This document shows, one piece after another, positions 1 to 11,714 of a stretch of DNA of 64,000 bases. This DNA is from a bacterium (GTDB taxonomy: Bacteria > Electryoneota > Electryoneia > Electryoneales > Electryoneaceae), in NCBI GenBank assembly GCA_963669175.1, contig OY769902.1, positions 1,824,001 to 1,888,000 of the forward strand, given 5' to 3'. Within the stretch, counting starts at the first letter, position 1, and each line of letters begins with the position of its first letter. The notes under the pieces were generated by a model. That model did no database searches and was not told where the DNA came from. It saw nothing but the letters and a program-made list of their open reading frames with translations. Position numbers and translations under genes: made by a program.

Positions 1-2
1 AA

Positions 3-1919
3 GAAGCCGACCTGATAGCGACCAGTGGTATTGATAAGGTCCGTATCCGTTCGGTACTGACCTGTGAAACAGACGGTGGCGTCTGTTCCAAGTGCTACGG
101 CATCAACCTGACCAACGGTCAGACCGTTGATCACGGTGAAGCGGTTGGTGTTATCGCTGCCCAGTCCATTGGTGAACCGGGTACACAGCTTACCCTGCGT
201 ACCTTCCATATCGGTGGTACTGCTGCGCGTATCGCTGCGGACTCACAGGTTACTGCTCGAAATGAAGGTACTGTGCATTTTGAAAACATGCACATGATTG
301 AGCAGGACGTCGATCCAAACGAGTTCGATCCGGATGTCGTAGACGGGAAGAAGTTTATCACCATTCGTCGTAATGGTGTTGTGAAGGTTTTCGACGATAA
401 AAACCGTGTTATTGCACGGTATACAGTGCCTTACGGCGCTACAGTCTTGTGCCGTGACGGCATGAAAGTGGAAGCGGGCAAGGTTCTGTTCAAGTGGGAT
501 GCTTACTCGATGTCCATTATCGCCACCCAATCGGGTAAGGTGCGGTATCACGACATCAAGACCAATGTCACCATGCGTGAAGAGGTGGACGATTACACCG
601 GTAAGAAGACGCAGGTGATTATTGAAGCTCCCGGTCAGCGTAAGCTGAACCCGACGATTTTCCTGATGGATATCGACGGGAACAAGGCTGGCCAGTATGT
701 CCTGCCGACAGGCAGTTACCTGGATGTTGAGGACGGTGAAGAAGTCAAGGCCGGTCAGGCCCTGGTGAAGATCCCGCGTGAAAGCCACAAGACGAAGGAC
801 ATTACCGGTGGTCTTCCGCGAGTTGCTGAGCTGTTCGAAGCTCGCCGTCCGAAAGATCCGGCAGTCATCACGGAAGTCGATGGTACGGTCCGCTTCGGCA
901 AGATGAAGCGTGGTTATCGTGAGATAGCCATCGTCACTCCGGACGATAAAGAATTTACTTACCAGATTCCTTATGGTAAGCATATTCTCGTCCATGAGGG
1001 TGAGTTTGTAACTGCCGGTGAACGTCTCTGCGAAGGTTCTGTGGCGCCTCAGGATATTCTGAGTGTACTCGGACCTGCGCGAGTCCAGGAATACCTGGTA
1101 AACGAAATCCAGGCAGTGTACCGTCTGCAAGGTGTGCGTATCGCTGATAAGCATATCGAGGTGATTGTACGCCAGATGATGCAGCGTGTACGAATTGAGG
1201 ATCCGGGCGATACCCGCTTCCTCGAAGGCGACCAGGTTGACTTGCACCGTCTGAACCGCACCAACCGGGAAATCGCCGGTAAGGTCGTTGTTGAGACTGT
1301 GGGCGACAGCCGTTTCCGTGAAGATCAGATTGTTGACCGTGCAGAGTTCCTCCGTGAAGAACGCCGGTTGAAGAAACTGGATCTCCAGGTTCCGGTCGGG
1401 CGTCCGGCAAAGCCGGCGCTTTACCTGCCGCTGTTGCTTGGTATTACCCAGGCCAGTTTGTCGACAGAATCGTTCTTCTCCGCTGCATCGTTCCAGGAAA
1501 CCACACGTGTCCTGACCGAGGCGGCGATTGAACGAAAGACAGATGAATTACGTGGTCTCAAGGAAAACGTGATCATCGGTCACCTGATTCCTGCTGGTAC
1601 AGGTTTGCGCAAGTACCAGAACATCGATGTCATCAATGAAGAGGAAGAAGAGTACAAGCGTCAGGCGGCGAAAGAAGCTGAATTGCTTCGTTTGCAGCAT
1701 GAGCGTGCGCGCTTCGAAGCTGAAGAGCGTGGCGACTTCTACCTGGATGACGATTCGGAAGATGGTGAGTATTGGGAAGTTAACGGTCCCGCTCCAGAAC
1801 CCCCGATCTTTGATGCACCGGCCTCAATGGGCGACATCAAGACGGTGGATATGTTGAAGCATGATCTGGAAGACGACGAGGACGATGACGAGTCTCTTGC
1901 AGAGGAAGACTCGGAATAG
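3..1919 (+). CDS. rpoC: RNA polymerase beta' subunit, C-terminal part (5'-truncated by window), with acidic C-terminal tail
   Basis: Frame open from base 3 (…KVRIRSVLTCE…AAQSIGEPGTQLTLRTFH); DITGGLPRVAELFEAR, SAASFQETT and GLKENVIIGHLIPAGTG motifs. Confidence 0.99.
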   Translation, partial: EADLIATSGIDKVRIRSVLTCETDGGVCSKCYGINLTNGQTVDHGEAVGVIAAQSIGEPGTQLTLRTFHIGGTAARIAADSQVTARNEGTVHFENMHMIEQDVDPNEFDPDVVDGKKFITIRRNGVVKVFDDKNRVIARYTVPYGATVLCRDGMKVEAGKVLFKWDAYSMSIIATQSGKVRYHDIKTNVTMREEVDDYTGKKTQVIIEAPGQRKLNPTIFLMDIDGNKAGQYVLPTGSYLDVEDGEEVKAGQALVKIPRESHKTKDITGGLPRVAELFEARRPKDPAVITEVDGTVRFGKMKRGYREIAIVTPDDKEFTYQIPYGKHILVHEGEFVTAGERLCEGSVAPQDILSVLGPARVQEYLVNEIQAVYRLQGVRIADKHIEVIVRQMMQRVRIEDPGDTRFLEGDQVDLHRLNRTNREIAGKVVVETVGDSRFREDQIVDRAEFLREERRLKKLDLQVPVGRPAKPALYLPLLLGITQASLSTESFFSAASFQETTRVLTEAAIERKTDELRGLKENVIIGHLIPAGTGLRKYQNIDVINEEEEEYKRQAAKEAELLRLQHERARFEAEERGDFYLDDDSEDGEYWEVNGPAPEPPIFDAPASMGDIKTVDMLKHDLEDDEDDDESLAEEDSE

Positions 1920-1922
1920 GGC

Positions 1923-1952
1923 TTGACATCCGGGGGTCACCTTCCATATAAT
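1923..1952 (+). promoter_or_regulatory. Sigma70-type promoter for the str operon
   Basis: TTGACA (1923-1928), 18-nt spacer, TATAAT (1947-1952), directly after the rpoC stop. Confidence 0.85.
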
Positions 1953-1957
1953 CGGTG

Positions 1958-2110
1958 ATCTAAACGAGATGGAAGCCGGGGTGTGACGATCGTTTGGTAA
2001 CACTGTCTCCAACCGACGATCGATTCGCGAGCTCGGCATTGAAGTTTGAAAGGGAGACAACCCGGCGAAGGACGCCAAAGTGCGTCTTTCGCTTCGTTTT
2101 GCCCTTTTTG
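1958..2110 (+). ncRNA. Candidate structured leader/attenuator RNA upstream of rpsL
   Basis: Stems gccggg/cccggc and cgatcgt/acgatcg; loop tgtctcc complementary to ggagaca (possible pseudoknot); hairpin gcgaaggacgc/gcgtctttcgc followed by T-rich tract; family not recognised. Confidence 0.45.
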
Positions 2111-2274
2111 AGAAATGTCTTAGTTCTCTAAGAACAGAGAGTTGAGATGGGAAAAGGGCGGAAAGAAAGTAGAACGGGCGTAGAAGTCAGTCAGGATTTT
2201 GGAATTCGCGCTTGTTTCTGGTAACTCGTTGTTAAAGAGATAGATAGCGATACAAGCTTGATGTAGGAGCGGCT

Positions 2275-2649
2275 ATGCCGACGGTCAATCAGTTGGTGAG
2301 GCAAGGGCGGAAGGCGCAGATCAAAAAGACAAGCGCGCCAGCATTGCAAAATTGTCCGCAGAGGCGCGGCGTCTGCACCCGTGTGTACACCACGACCCCG
2401 AAGAAGCCGAATTCGGCGTTGCGTAAGGTGGCTCGTGTCCGTTTGACCAACGGCATCGAAGTGACCGCGTATATCCCCGGCGAGGGGCACAACCTGCAAG
2501 AGCACTCAATTGTGCTGATTCGTGGTGGTCGTGTCAAGGATCTTCCGGGTGTACGGTACCACATCATTCGTGGCACTCTGGATGCTTCCGGAGTGGACGA
2601 TCGTAATTGCGGACGTAGCAAGTACGGCGCAAAGCGGAAGAAGAAATAA
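2275..2649 (+). CDS. rpsL: 30S ribosomal protein S12
   Basis: MPTVNQLVR…[13 protein letters not shown]…[10 protein letters not shown]. Confidence 0.99.
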   Translation: MPTVNQLVRQGRKAQIKKTSAPALQNCPQRRGVCTRVYTTTPKKPNSALRKVARVRLTNGIEVTAYIPGEGHNLQEHSIVLIRGGRVKDLPGVRYHIIRGTLDASGVDDRNCGRSKYGAKRKKK

Positions 2650-2702
2650 CAGGGCCGGCAGGCTTCGCGAGCAACAAGAACCCGGTGACGGGGGAGTAGG
2701 AT

Positions 2703-3173
2703 ATGTCCAGGCGTAAACGTGCGGATAAAAGGGAAATTCTTCCCGACCCAAAATTTGGGACAATGGATGTTGCCAAGTTCGTCAACAACTTGATGGAACG
2801 TGGTAAGAAATCCGTAGCAGAAAGCATCTTTTACGATGCCATCGACATTATCGATACCAAGACCAGCGGTAGTGGTTTGGAAACATTCCGGCAGGCGATG
2901 AAGAACGCGCGTCCGCAATTGGAAGTGAAGAGCCGTCGTGTTGGTGGTAGTACTTATCAGGTGCCGGTCGAAGTTCGTGCTGATCGTGCCCAAGCGTTAG
3001 CTACCCGTTGGATTCTGCAGTATGCCAAAGCTCGTTCCGGCATGAACATGGCCGACAAGCTCGCAGCAGAATTCATGGCGGCAGCCAAGGGCGAAGGCTC
3101 AACGATCAAGAAAAAAGACGATACACATAAAATGGCAGATGCCAACAAAGCATTTGCGCATTTCCGGTGGTAA
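2703..3173 (+). CDS. rpsG: 30S ribosomal protein S7
   Basis: SRRVGGSTYQVP, ANKAFAHFRW; position in str operon. Confidence 0.99.
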   Translation: MSRRKRADKREILPDPKFGTMDVAKFVNNLMERGKKSVAESIFYDAIDIIDTKTSGSGLETFRQAMKNARPQLEVKSRRVGGSTYQVPVEVRADRAQALATRWILQYAKARSGMNMADKLAAEFMAAAKGEGSTIKKKDDTHKMADANKAFAHFRW

Positions 3174-3222
3174 ACCGGGTATTCGCTCTGTGACAAGCGG
3201 AATTCCATGGATTTGGTGAAGT

Positions 3223-5349
3223 ATGGCCCAGGCAAAAGCAAAGAAGAACGGGAAAAACGGCGGCAGTGAAGGTCGTATCTGGCCGATGGAGCGCATCCGA
3301 AACTTCGGAATCATGGCTCACATCGACGCAGGCAAGACAACCACTACCGAACGGATCCTGTACTACACGGGCCGAATTCACCGCATGGGTGAGGTGCATG
3401 AAGGCGCCGCCATGACGGACTGGATGGACCAGGAAAAAGAACGTGGGATCACGATCACTTCCGCGTCCATTACAACCGAATGGAACGATACACGCCTGTG
3501 CCTTATCGACACTCCCGGGCATGTTGATTTTACTGCTGAAGTAGAACGCAGCCTCCGGGTGCTCGATGGCGCTGTAGCGTTGTTCTGTGCGGTTGGTGGT
3601 GTTGAACCACAGTCTGAAACAGTATGGCGTCAGGCCGACAAGTACAAAGTCCCCCGTATCGCATACATCAACAAGATGGATCGGGTGGGCGCAGATTTTT
3701 ACCGCGCCGTTGACATGATTGCCGACCGTTTTGGCACCACACCCATCCCGGTTCAGATCCCCATGGGGCAAGGCGAACTCTTTAATGGTCTTATCGACCT
3801 GGTTCGCATGAAGGCTGTCTGGTACAGCGAAGAATCTCAGGGACTGAAGTGGGAAGAGGGAGAAATCCCGAACGATCTCATCGAGCAGGCAAAGCTCTAT
3901 CGTGAGAAGATGCTTGAAGCCATCAGCGATTATGATGATGAACTGATGGAGCTGTTCCTTGAAGATCAGGAAGTACCGGAAGCGCAGTTGCGTGCGGCGT
4001 TGCGTAAAGCAACCCTCGATAACCAGATCGTTCCTGTACTTTGCGGATCCAGTTACAAGAACAAGGGTGTACAGCGGTTGCTGGATGCAATCGTTTTTTA
4101 CCTGCCCAGTCCTGCGGATGTTGGCCCTGTAACGGGGGTTCACCCGCATACGGAAAAAGAAGTTGTCCGCCATCAGCGTGACGATGAACCTTTCTGCGGG
4201 CTGGCATTCAAGATTGTAACTGATCCTTATGTTGGAAGGTTGACATACACGCGAGTGTATTCTGGTGTTCTCCATGAAGGACAGATGGTAATGAATTCCC
4301 GTACTGGGAAGAAGTTGCGTATCAGCCGGATTCTGGAGATGTTCGCCAATAAGCGTGAAGAACGCAAGCAGGTGCATGCTGGTGGGATCGTAGCGCTGGT
4401 CGGTCTGAAGCAGACAGCAACCGGCGATACGCTTTCCGAGTTGAACGATCAGATTGTACTGGAATCGTTGACATTCCCGAAACCGGTTATCACACGCGCT
4501 ATCGAGCCGAAAAGCAAGGCGGATGAAGAACATCTTCTCGACAGTCTGTATAAGTTAGCGGAAGAAGATCCGACTTTTACAGTCAAGTATGATGAAGAAT
4601 CGGGGCAGACCCATATCAGTGGCATGGGTGAGCTTCACCTGGAAATTCTTCTGGACCGTCTGTTCCGTGAATTTGAAGTTCAGGCCAATGTTGGGCAACC
4701 ACGTGTGGCTTATAAAGAAGGCGTGAGAAAGACTGCAAAGGGTGTTGGCAGGTTTGTGCGTCAATCCGGTGGGCGCGGTCAGTATGGTCACGCTGTGATT
4801 GAGGTCGAGCCTACAGATCAGGGCTCAGGTTTCGAGTTCGTTGACAAGGTAGTCGGTGGAAGTATCCCAAGAGATTATATCTCTTCGGTGAAGCAGGGTG
4901 TTCAGGATGCGTTAGGTTCAGGACCGCTGTTGGGCTTCCCGATTGACGATGTACGTGTCACTCTCGTGGATGGTAGTTATCACGATGTAGACTCCAGTGA
5001 AATTGCGTTCCGTGTTGCCGGTTCGATGGCATTCAAGGATGCAGTTGATCATGCCGGCGCATATCTGGCCGAGCCGATCATGGCGCTGGAGATTATCAGC
5101 CCGGAAGAGTATGTGGGCGATGTGATGAACGATTTGAATAGCCGGCGGGCGAAAATTCAGGGGATTACCCCGCGAAGCGACGCTCAGGTAGTTAAAGCGG
5201 AAGTGCCGCTTGCCAGCATGTTTGGATATGCGACCGAATTACGGTCGATGACTCAGGGCAGAGCATTGTTCACCATGGAATTCCACCATTATGAGCGACT
5301 GCCTGAGCAGGAGCAGGAAAAAGTAGTCAAAAAGATACGAGGCTATTAA
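3223..5349 (+). CDS. fusA: Elongation factor G (short basic N-terminal extension)
   Basis: [35 protein letters not shown]. Confidence 0.99.
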   Translation: MAQAKAKKNGKNGGSEGRIWPMERIRNFGIMAHIDAGKTTTTERILYYTGRIHRMGEVHEGAAMTDWMDQEKERGITITSASITTEWNDTRLCLIDTPGHVDFTAEVERSLRVLDGAVALFCAVGGVEPQSETVWRQADKYKVPRIAYINKMDRVGADFYRAVDMIADRFGTTPIPVQIPMGQGELFNGLIDLVRMKAVWYSEESQGLKWEEGEIPNDLIEQAKLYREKMLEAISDYDDELMELFLEDQEVPEAQLRAALRKATLDNQIVPVLCGSSYKNKGVQRLLDAIVFYLPSPADVGPVTGVHPHTEKEVVRHQRDDEPFCGLAFKIVTDPYVGRLTYTRVYSGVLHEGQMVMNSRTGKKLRISRILEMFANKREERKQVHAGGIVALVGLKQTATGDTLSELNDQIVLESLTFPKPVITRAIEPKSKADEEHLLDSLYKLAEEDPTFTVKYDEESGQTHISGMGELHLEILLDRLFREFEVQANVGQPRVAYKEGVRKTAKGVGRFVRQSGGRGQYGHAVIEVEPTDQGSGFEFVDKVVGGSIPRDYISSVKQGVQDALGSGPLLGFPIDDVRVTLVDGSYHDVDSSEIAFRVAGSMAFKDAVDHAGAYLAEPIMALEIISPEEYVGDVMNDLNSRRAKIQGITPRSDAQVVKAEVPLASMFGYATELRSMTQGRALFTMEFHHYERLPEQEQEKVVKKIRGY

Positions 5350-5359
5350 GGAGTCAGCC

Positions 5360-6553
5360 ATGGCGAAGGCGAAGTTTGAGCGCACGAAGCCGCATGTGAA
5401 CATCGGCACGATTGGTCACGTGGACCACGGTAAGACGACGTTGACAGCGGCGATCACATTGGTATTGTCGAAGAAGAACCAGGGCGTAGCCTTCCGTTCC
5501 TTCGATTCGATTGATAACGCGCCGGAAGAACGTGAACGTGGTATTACAATTGCGACAGCCCACGTGGAATATGAGACGGATAACCGTCACTATGCCCATG
5601 TAGACTGTCCGGGTCACGCGGACTATGTGAAGAACATGATCACTGGTGCAGCGCAGATGGACGGTTCCATCGTGGTAGTGTCGGCTGCTGACGGCCCGAT
5701 GCCGCAGACCCGTGAGCACATTCTTCTCGCCCGCCAGGTGAACGTGCCTGCTTTGGTCGTATTCATGAACAAGGTGGATATGGTCGATGACGAGGAACTT
5801 CTTGACCTGGTCGAGTTGGAAATGCGCGACCTGTTGAACGAATATGAGTTCCCGGGCGACGATCTTCCGATCATCCGTGGCAGCGCCCTTGAAGCGTTGA
5901 ACAATCCCGATGATCCCGAAAAGACGAAGTGCATCTTTGAGTTGATGGAAGCAGTTGACGGTTACGTGCCGGAACCGGAACGTGCTGTAGACCAGGCCTT
6001 CCTGATGCCTGTAGAAGACGTCTTTTCGATCACAGGCCGTGGCACCGTGGCAACCGGTCGTATCGAGCGCGGCGTAGTCAAGACCGGTGAAGAGGTTGAG
6101 CTTGTAGGTCTTGGTGTGAACCGTAAGACGGTTGTGACCGGTGTAGAGATGTTCCGCAAGATCCTTGATCAGGGCCAGGCTGGTGACAACGCGGGTCTTC
6201 TGCTTCGTGGCGTCGACAAGAACGAGATCGAGCGCGGTATGGTCCTGGCGAAGCCGGGCAGTGTGAAGCCGCACACGAAGTTCGAAGCTGAAGTATACGT
6301 ACTGGGCAAGGACGAAGGTGGACGTCATACACCGTTCTTCGGTGGCTATCGTCCGCAGTTCTTCTTCCGTACGACAGACGTGACCGGTGAGATTCAGTTG
6401 CCCGAAGGCGTAGAGATGGTAATGCCTGGTGACAACGTGAAGATGACTGTCGAACTGATCGCGCCGATCGCGATGGAAGAGACGCTTCGTTTCGCCATCC
6501 GTGAAGGCGGCCGTACAGTCGGCGCCGGCGTTGTCGGTAAGATTCTCGAGTAA
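5360..6553 (+). CDS. tuf: Elongation factor Tu
   Basis: [34 protein letters not shown]. Confidence 0.99.
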   Translation: MAKAKFERTKPHVNIGTIGHVDHGKTTLTAAITLVLSKKNQGVAFRSFDSIDNAPEERERGITIATAHVEYETDNRHYAHVDCPGHADYVKNMITGAAQMDGSIVVVSAADGPMPQTREHILLARQVNVPALVVFMNKVDMVDDEELLDLVELEMRDLLNEYEFPGDDLPIIRGSALEALNNPDDPEKTKCIFELMEAVDGYVPEPERAVDQAFLMPVEDVFSITGRGTVATGRIERGVVKTGEEVELVGLGVNRKTVVTGVEMFRKILDQGQAGDNAGLLLRGVDKNEIERGMVLAKPGSVKPHTKFEAEVYVLGKDEGGRHTPFFGGYRPQFFFRTTDVTGEIQLPEGVEMVMPGDNVKMTVELIAPIAMEETLRFAIREGGRTVGAGVVGKILE

Positions 6554-6667
6554 GTAAAAGAATTTCGTCTGGTGCCGGTTGGCGCCAGGGCGAGTTGATG
6601 ATAGTAAACATCCCGAGCAACCTGTCCGGGTTGCAAAGGGAACCCGAACGATTCGGGGGAGGTTTTC

Positions 6668-6976
6668 GTGGCCGGACAGAATATCCGGATACGCTTGAAA
6701 GCGTACGACCACAACCTGATCGACAAGTCCACGCAGAAGATTATTCAGACTGCACGGTCGACAGGGGCGGTAGTTTCGGGACCGATCCCGCTTCCAACGA
6801 AGCGGTCAGTGTGGACCGTGTTGCGCGGCCCCCACGTTGATAAAAAGTCTCGTGAACAGTTCGAAACACGGATTCACAAGCGGCTGATCGACATTTTAAA
6901 TTCGACGCCGAAGACGATTGATTCTTTGATGAAGCTCGAACTGCCCGCAGGTGTGGACATTGAGATCAAGACCTGA
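6668..6976 (+). CDS. rpsJ: 30S ribosomal protein S10 (GTG start)
   Basis: [10 protein letters not shown]…GPIPLPT…KKSREQFE; GGAGG RBS. Confidence 0.99.
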   Translation: MAGQNIRIRLKAYDHNLIDKSTQKIIQTARSTGAVVSGPIPLPTKRSVWTVLRGPHVDKKSREQFETRIHKRLIDILNSTPKTIDSLMKLELPAGVDIEIKT

Positions 6977-7117
6977 TCGGTAGCGACCAGGCGGCAGGTA
7001 GGACGGCACCGACCGTCCGATTCAAAGGTAGCGCCAGGGTGTAATTGACTGCGGGAGAATTCCCGTGGCGGCACGATATGGTTATACCTGTACAGTGTAA
7101 GTGAGAAGGTAAGAGCC

Positions 7118-7744
7118 ATGGCAGCAGGAATTTTAGGACGCAAGATCGGCATGACGTCCGTATACCGGGACGGGAAATCGATTCCGGTGACGGTGGTCGA
7201 AGCGGGTCCGTGTCCGGTGGTGCACGTGAAGAGCGCGGAAGGCCCTGATGGTTATAGCGCTGTGCAGCTTGGCTTTATTCCCAAGAAGGAACACAAGGTA
7301 ACGAAGCCGATGGCTGGCCATTTTGGCCGTGCCGGTGTAAAGCCGGTTCGCATCCTTCGTGAGTTCCGTGGTGAAAGCGACAAGCAGCTGGGTGACACGA
7401 TACGCGTGGAAGAGGTCTTGGCGGTCGGCGACATAATTCATGTGCGTGGGACATCAAAGGGACATGGATATTCCGGTGTAATCAGGCGGCACAATTTCCA
7501 TGGCCACAAAGCATCTCACGGTACGCATGAAAGTTTCCGTGGACCAGGATCGATTGGTGCCTGCGCCTGGCCGTCGCGAGTCTGGAAAGGCAAGCGCATG
7601 GCTGGTCAGTATGGCAACGTGACCTCCAGCACGAAGAACCTGGAAGTCATCGAGATCATCGCGGACAAGAACCTCGTTTTAGTTAAAGGTGCAGTACCCG
7701 GCTCACGCAACAGTGTTGTGGAACTGCACAAGAGGGAAAAGTAA
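7118..7744 (+). CDS. rplC: 50S ribosomal protein L3
   Basis: GRKIGMT, PGSIG, GKRMAGQYG, KGAVPG. Confidence 0.98.
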   Translation: MAAGILGRKIGMTSVYRDGKSIPVTVVEAGPCPVVHVKSAEGPDGYSAVQLGFIPKKEHKVTKPMAGHFGRAGVKPVRILREFRGESDKQLGDTIRVEEVLAVGDIIHVRGTSKGHGYSGVIRRHNFHGHKASHGTHESFRGPGSIGACAWPSRVWKGKRMAGQYGNVTSSTKNLEVIEIIADKNLVLVKGAVPGSRNSVVELHKREK

Positions 7745-7745
7745 G

Positions 7746-8402
7746 ATGAAGTTAATGGTACACGACCACGCAGGGAATGCGACGGGCCGTGAAGTCGAAC
7801 TGAACGACTCGGTCTTTGGGATTGAGCCCCATGACCATGCGATGTACCTGGCGGTGAAAGTGCAGCTTGCACGTCAGCGTCAAGGGACACACGCTTCACG
7901 GAATCGCTCGTTGGTGCAGGGCGGCGGCCGGAAGCCATGGCGGCAGAAAGGGCGCGGCACAGCACGGGCCGGGACAATTCGTAGTCCCCTGTGGCGTCAT
8001 GGTGGAACAATCTTCGGGCCGACGCCGCATCCGTACAAGATGGAACTGCCCAAAAAGGTAAACCGGCTTGCACGTCGGAGCGCCTTGTCAGCACGGGCCC
8101 AGGAAGAAGCTATTCGCATTGTCGAAAACTTCTCCTACGACGCGCCCGCTACAAAGAAGCTTATGACAGCGCTTGATGCGTTGAAGCTGGCCGGCGAAAA
8201 GGTTCTGATCCTGACTGATGGATATTCCCCGAACGTATTGCGTTCGGCGCAGAATCTTGCCAAGTGCAGTGTTCGAGTGGGTACGGAAGCGTCGACCTAC
8301 GACTTGTTGAATCATCGGGTCCTTCTCATTGAAGAGGGCGCCCTGGCAAGCATCACGGAGGTGTTAGGTGGAACAGAGCGCGCGACTGAGGAAGCTGCTT
8401 AA
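7746..8402 (+). CDS. rplD: 50S ribosomal protein L4
   Basis: RQGTH…GGGRKPWRQKGRGTARAG; start moved to the ATG at 7746 right after the rplC stop. Confidence 0.97.
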   Translation: MKLMVHDHAGNATGREVELNDSVFGIEPHDHAMYLAVKVQLARQRQGTHASRNRSLVQGGGRKPWRQKGRGTARAGTIRSPLWRHGGTIFGPTPHPYKMELPKKVNRLARRSALSARAQEEAIRIVENFSYDAPATKKLMTALDALKLAGEKVLILTDGYSPNVLRSAQNLAKCSVRVGTEASTYDLLNHRVLLIEEGALASITEVLGGTERATEEAA

Positions 8403-8667
8403 GCGACCGCTGCTTTCCGAAAAAGTGGTGCGGCTTCAGGAGACGGAAAACACCTACGCATTCGAGGTGCCCCGTGCGGCGAACAAGGTGGAGATCCGCC
8501 GGGCCATCGAAGAGATCTTCGAGGTCAGCGTAAAGGATGTCCGCACCATCTCAATGCGAGGGAAAAAGAAACGAATGGGCCGTTGGGAAGGGCGTAGAGC
8601 TTCCTGGAAAAAGGCCCTCGTTACACTGACCAAGGGTCAGACCCTGGAGCTGTTTGAAAACGTGTAA
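8368..8667 (+). CDS. rplW: 50S ribosomal protein L23 (GTG start, overlaps rplD)
   Basis: RPLLSEK…ANKVEIRRAIE…WKKALVTL. Confidence 0.96.
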   Translation: MEQSARLRKLLKRPLLSEKVVRLQETENTYAFEVPRAANKVEIRRAIEEIFEVSVKDVRTISMRGKKKRMGRWEGRRASWKKALVTLTKGQTLELFENV

Positions 8668-8756
8668 TACGGCCGGTGCGGGAGAGATGTGGTAGACTTT
8701 CCCAAGGTAGTGCAACCGGTTTAACCCTCACCACGCCACAGTGACGCGAGGGGATT

Positions 8757-9587
8757 ATGTTGAAGAAATACAACCCGGTAACACCGGGACAGCGATTCCG
8801 GACAAACCTTGACAACAGTGATTTGTCGAAGGTCGAGCCGGAGAAGAGTTTGTTGGAACCGCTGCCGCGAAATGGCGGGCGGAACAACAACGGGCGTATC
8901 ACGGCCTGGCAACGTGGCGGTGGCCACAAACGCAAGTACCGTCGTATCGATTTCAAGCGCGACAAGTATGATATTCCTGCGCATGTCAAGTCGATAGAAT
9001 ACGATCCGAATCGTAGCGCCAACATTGCTTTGCTGATCTACACGGACGGCGAAAAGCGGTATATCCTGGCCCCGAAAGGAATCCAGGAAGGCGATGTGAT
9101 TACCAGCGGACGGCAGGAAGTCGAAATCCGTGTGGGTAACGCGATGCCATTGGTGCTGATTCCGTTGGGATCAGAAATCCACAACGTCGAAATGCAGCCG
9201 GGTCGTGGCGGTCAGATGGCGCGTAGCGCCGGTGCCTCCGTACGGTTGATGGCGCGTGATGGCGGTTATGCCGTCCTGAAACTGCCGTCAGGTGAAACAC
9301 GACGTGTCCCGGAAACTTGCCTGGCAACCATCGGTGTGGTCGGTAATGAAGACCACGAGAAGGTTTCTTATGGTAAAGCGGGTAAGACACGCTGGAAGGG
9401 TCGCCGGCCGAATGTTCGCGGTGTGGTTATGAACCCGGTGGATCACCCGATGGGTGGTGGTGAAGGACGTTCGTCCGGTGGACGTCATCCTTGCACCCCG
9501 TGGGGCAAGCCCACGAAGGGTTACAAGACTCGCGGACGGAAACCGTCTGACAAGTATATCATCAAGCGTCGAAACGACAAGAAGTAA
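8757..9587 (+). CDS. rplB: 50S ribosomal protein L2
   Basis: [35 protein letters not shown]. Confidence 0.99.
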   Translation: MLKKYNPVTPGQRFRTNLDNSDLSKVEPEKSLLEPLPRNGGRNNNGRITAWQRGGGHKRKYRRIDFKRDKYDIPAHVKSIEYDPNRSANIALLIYTDGEKRYILAPKGIQEGDVITSGRQEVEIRVGNAMPLVLIPLGSEIHNVEMQPGRGGQMARSAGASVRLMARDGGYAVLKLPSGETRRVPETCLATIGVVGNEDHEKVSYGKAGKTRWKGRRPNVRGVVMNPVDHPMGGGEGRSSGGRHPCTPWGKPTKGYKTRGRKPSDKYIIKRRNDKK

Positions 9588-9605
9588 TACAGGGGCGTAG
9601 ATACC

Positions 9606-9896
9606 ATGGCCCGTTCCGTAAAAAAAGGTCCGTTTATTGATGACCACCTGCTGAAGAAGGTGCAGGATGCCCAGACGAGCGGCAGCAAGAAAGTCATCAA
9701 GACGTGGTCACGTCGTAGCACGATCAGCCCGGATTTCGTCGGGTTGACAGTAGCAGTGCATAACGGCAAGAAGCATCTGCCGGTGTATATCACCGAAAAC
9801 ATGGTGGGTCACAAGTTGGGAGAATTTTCCCCAACGCGCACATTCCGTGGTCACGCTGGCAGCAAGAAGAGCGAAAAGGCGGGTAAGGTGCGGTAA
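9606..9896 (+). CDS. rpsS: 30S ribosomal protein S19
   Basis: [28 protein letters not shown]. Confidence 0.99.
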   Translation: MARSVKKGPFIDDHLLKKVQDAQTSGSKKVIKTWSRRSTISPDFVGLTVAVHNGKKHLPVYITENMVGHKLGEFSPTRTFRGHAGSKKSEKAGKVR

Positions 9897-9923
9897 GCGC
9901 CCCCGGGATTCGGAGAAACCGAG

Positions 9924-10268
9924 ATGCAGGCAACAGCAAAAGCACGGTTCGTCCGGGTGGCCCCGCGAAAGGCTCGCCTGGTGGCGGACATGATAAGGGG
10001 TCAGAAGGCCGGTTGGGCCCAGGGTGTATTGACACACTCTCCCAAACGTGCAGCTGAACCGATTGAAAAGCTGCTGCGTAGTGCCCTGGCCAACCTGATG
10101 AACCAGGATGGAGCAGCAGGACTTGATGTGAACGAAGCTGTCATCCGTGAGATCGTGATTAATGAAGGGCCGACGTTACGTCGCTGGCGCCCACGCGCCA
10201 TGGGGCGGGCCACACGGATTCGTAAGCGCACCAGCCATTTGACCATCATGGTCGAAGTGGCGGAGTGA
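9924..10268 (+). CDS. rplV: 50S ribosomal protein L22
   Basis: [22 protein letters not shown]. Confidence 0.98.
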   Translation: MQATAKARFVRVAPRKARLVADMIRGQKAGWAQGVLTHSPKRAAEPIEKLLRSALANLMNQDGAAGLDVNEAVIREIVINEGPTLRRWRPRAMGRATRIRKRTSHLTIMVEVAE

Positions 10269-10284
10269 TCAGAAAGGCATAGAC

Positions 10285-10941
10285 ATGGGTCAGAAAGTAC
10301 ATCCGGTCGGATTTCGTCTGAAGGTCAACAAGACCTGGAGTTCCAACTGGTTCGATGAAACCAACTTCGCAGACAAGCTGAGCGAAGACCTGATGCTGCG
10401 TCGGTACCTGGACAAGCGTCTCCAGAACGCCGGTGTCGCCAAGGTTGAGATCGAACGGACGCCAAAGCTGATCACGATTTCGATTCACACCGCACGTCCA
10501 GGTATTGTCATTGGTCGTAAAGGCGCGGAAGTTGACAAGCTGAAGGCAGAGTTGGCCGCGGTAACCGGTAAAGATGTCCAGTTGAACATCTTTGAGATCA
10601 AGCGTCCGGAAATCGAAGCCGCCCTGGTCGCGGAATCCATCGCACACCAGTTGCGTGGACGCGTAAGCTTCCGCCGTGCCATGAAGAAGGCGATCCAGGC
10701 AGCGATGCGTATGGGCGCCGAAGGCATCAAGATCATGTGCAAGGGCCGTTTGGGTGGCGCTGAGATGAGCCGTCGGGAGATGTATAAAGAAGGTCGCATC
10801 CCGCTGCACACCCTGCGTGCTGATATCGATTACGCCCAGGATATAGCCCGGACCACGTATGGCACCATCGGTGTCAAGGTCTGGATCTGCAAGGGCGAGA
10901 TCTTAGGCAAGGGCGAAGGGACACAGGCCCGCGCCAGCTAA
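10285..10941 (+). CDS. rpsC: 30S ribosomal protein S3
   Basis: [33 protein letters not shown]. Confidence 0.99.
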   Translation: MGQKVHPVGFRLKVNKTWSSNWFDETNFADKLSEDLMLRRYLDKRLQNAGVAKVEIERTPKLITISIHTARPGIVIGRKGAEVDKLKAELAAVTGKDVQLNIFEIKRPEIEAALVAESIAHQLRGRVSFRRAMKKAIQAAMRMGAEGIKIMCKGRLGGAEMSRREMYKEGRIPLHTLRADIDYAQDIARTTYGTIGVKVWICKGEILGKGEGTQARAS

Positions 10942-11077
10942 GCCCGGTGATTGCCCGGTTGTTGACCGGGGATACACTGGAATGAATGGGCGGAATGCCG
11001 CCCCATGAGACGATAGTAGTAGTACCCTTACCCTCAGGATGTGGGTTTGGGGCTGGAACCAGATAGAGAGAGCGATC

Positions 11078-11491
11078 ATGCTTGCACCGAAGCGAGTACG
11101 CCGACGCAAAGTCCAGAAGGGCAGGACACGTGGATTGTCCTACCGGGGCAGTAAAGTATCGTTCGGCGATTTCGGCATCATGTCGACCGAGCCGGGGCAC
11201 ATTACAAGCCGCCAGATTGAAGCGTGTCGTGTTGCGATTACCCGTCATGTCAAACGTGGTGGTAAAGTGTGGATCCGGATATTCCCGGACAAACCGATGA
11301 CCAAAAAGCCTGCTGAAGTACGTATGGGTAAGGGCAAGGGTTCACCGGAATACTGGGTGGCGGTTGTGAAGCCGGGCCGTGTCATGTTTGAGCTGGGCGG
11401 TGTAGATGAAAAGCTGGCAAAGTCGGCATTGCGTCTGGCCCAGTACAAGTTGCCGGTGAGAACAAAGATCGTCGGCAGGTTGGAGGCATAA
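11078..11491 (+). CDS. rplP: 50S ribosomal protein L16
   Basis: MLAPKR start at 11078; [16 protein letters not shown]. Confidence 0.98.
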   Translation: MLAPKRVRRRKVQKGRTRGLSYRGSKVSFGDFGIMSTEPGHITSRQIEACRVAITRHVKRGGKVWIRIFPDKPMTKKPAEVRMGKGKGSPEYWVAVVKPGRVMFELGGVDEKLAKSALRLAQYKLPVRTKIVGRLEA

Positions 11492-11492
11492 C

Positions 11493-11711
11493 ATGAAGAA
11501 CCTGGAAGAATATCGGGCGATGGACATGGAAGAGCTCAAGGCCCGCCTGGCCGATGCCGAGGAAGAATTTGCGAACTTACGCTTCCAGCTCGGTAGCAAG
11601 CAGCTCGAAAACCAGGTCAAGGTTCGTTTGCAGCGTCGCAATGTTGCGCAATTGAAGACCTTGATCCGGGAACGGGAACTTGGGATCAACCAGTTGCAGC
11701 CGAGGGAGTAG
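11493..11711 (+). CDS. rpmC: 50S ribosomal protein L29
   Basis: Operon position; NLRFQ…QLEN…RRNVAQLKT. Confidence 0.95.
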   Translation: MKNLEEYRAMDMEELKARLADAEEEFANLRFQLGSKQLENQVKVRLQRRNVAQLKTLIRERELGINQLQPRE

Positions 11712-11714
11712 AGC

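Noticed and set aside
1996-2060. Twister ribozyme (taacactg… resemblance)
   Set aside because: The required P1/P2 and the conserved GUCCCAAGC-type loop are not properly formed; the alternative fold explains the sequence better
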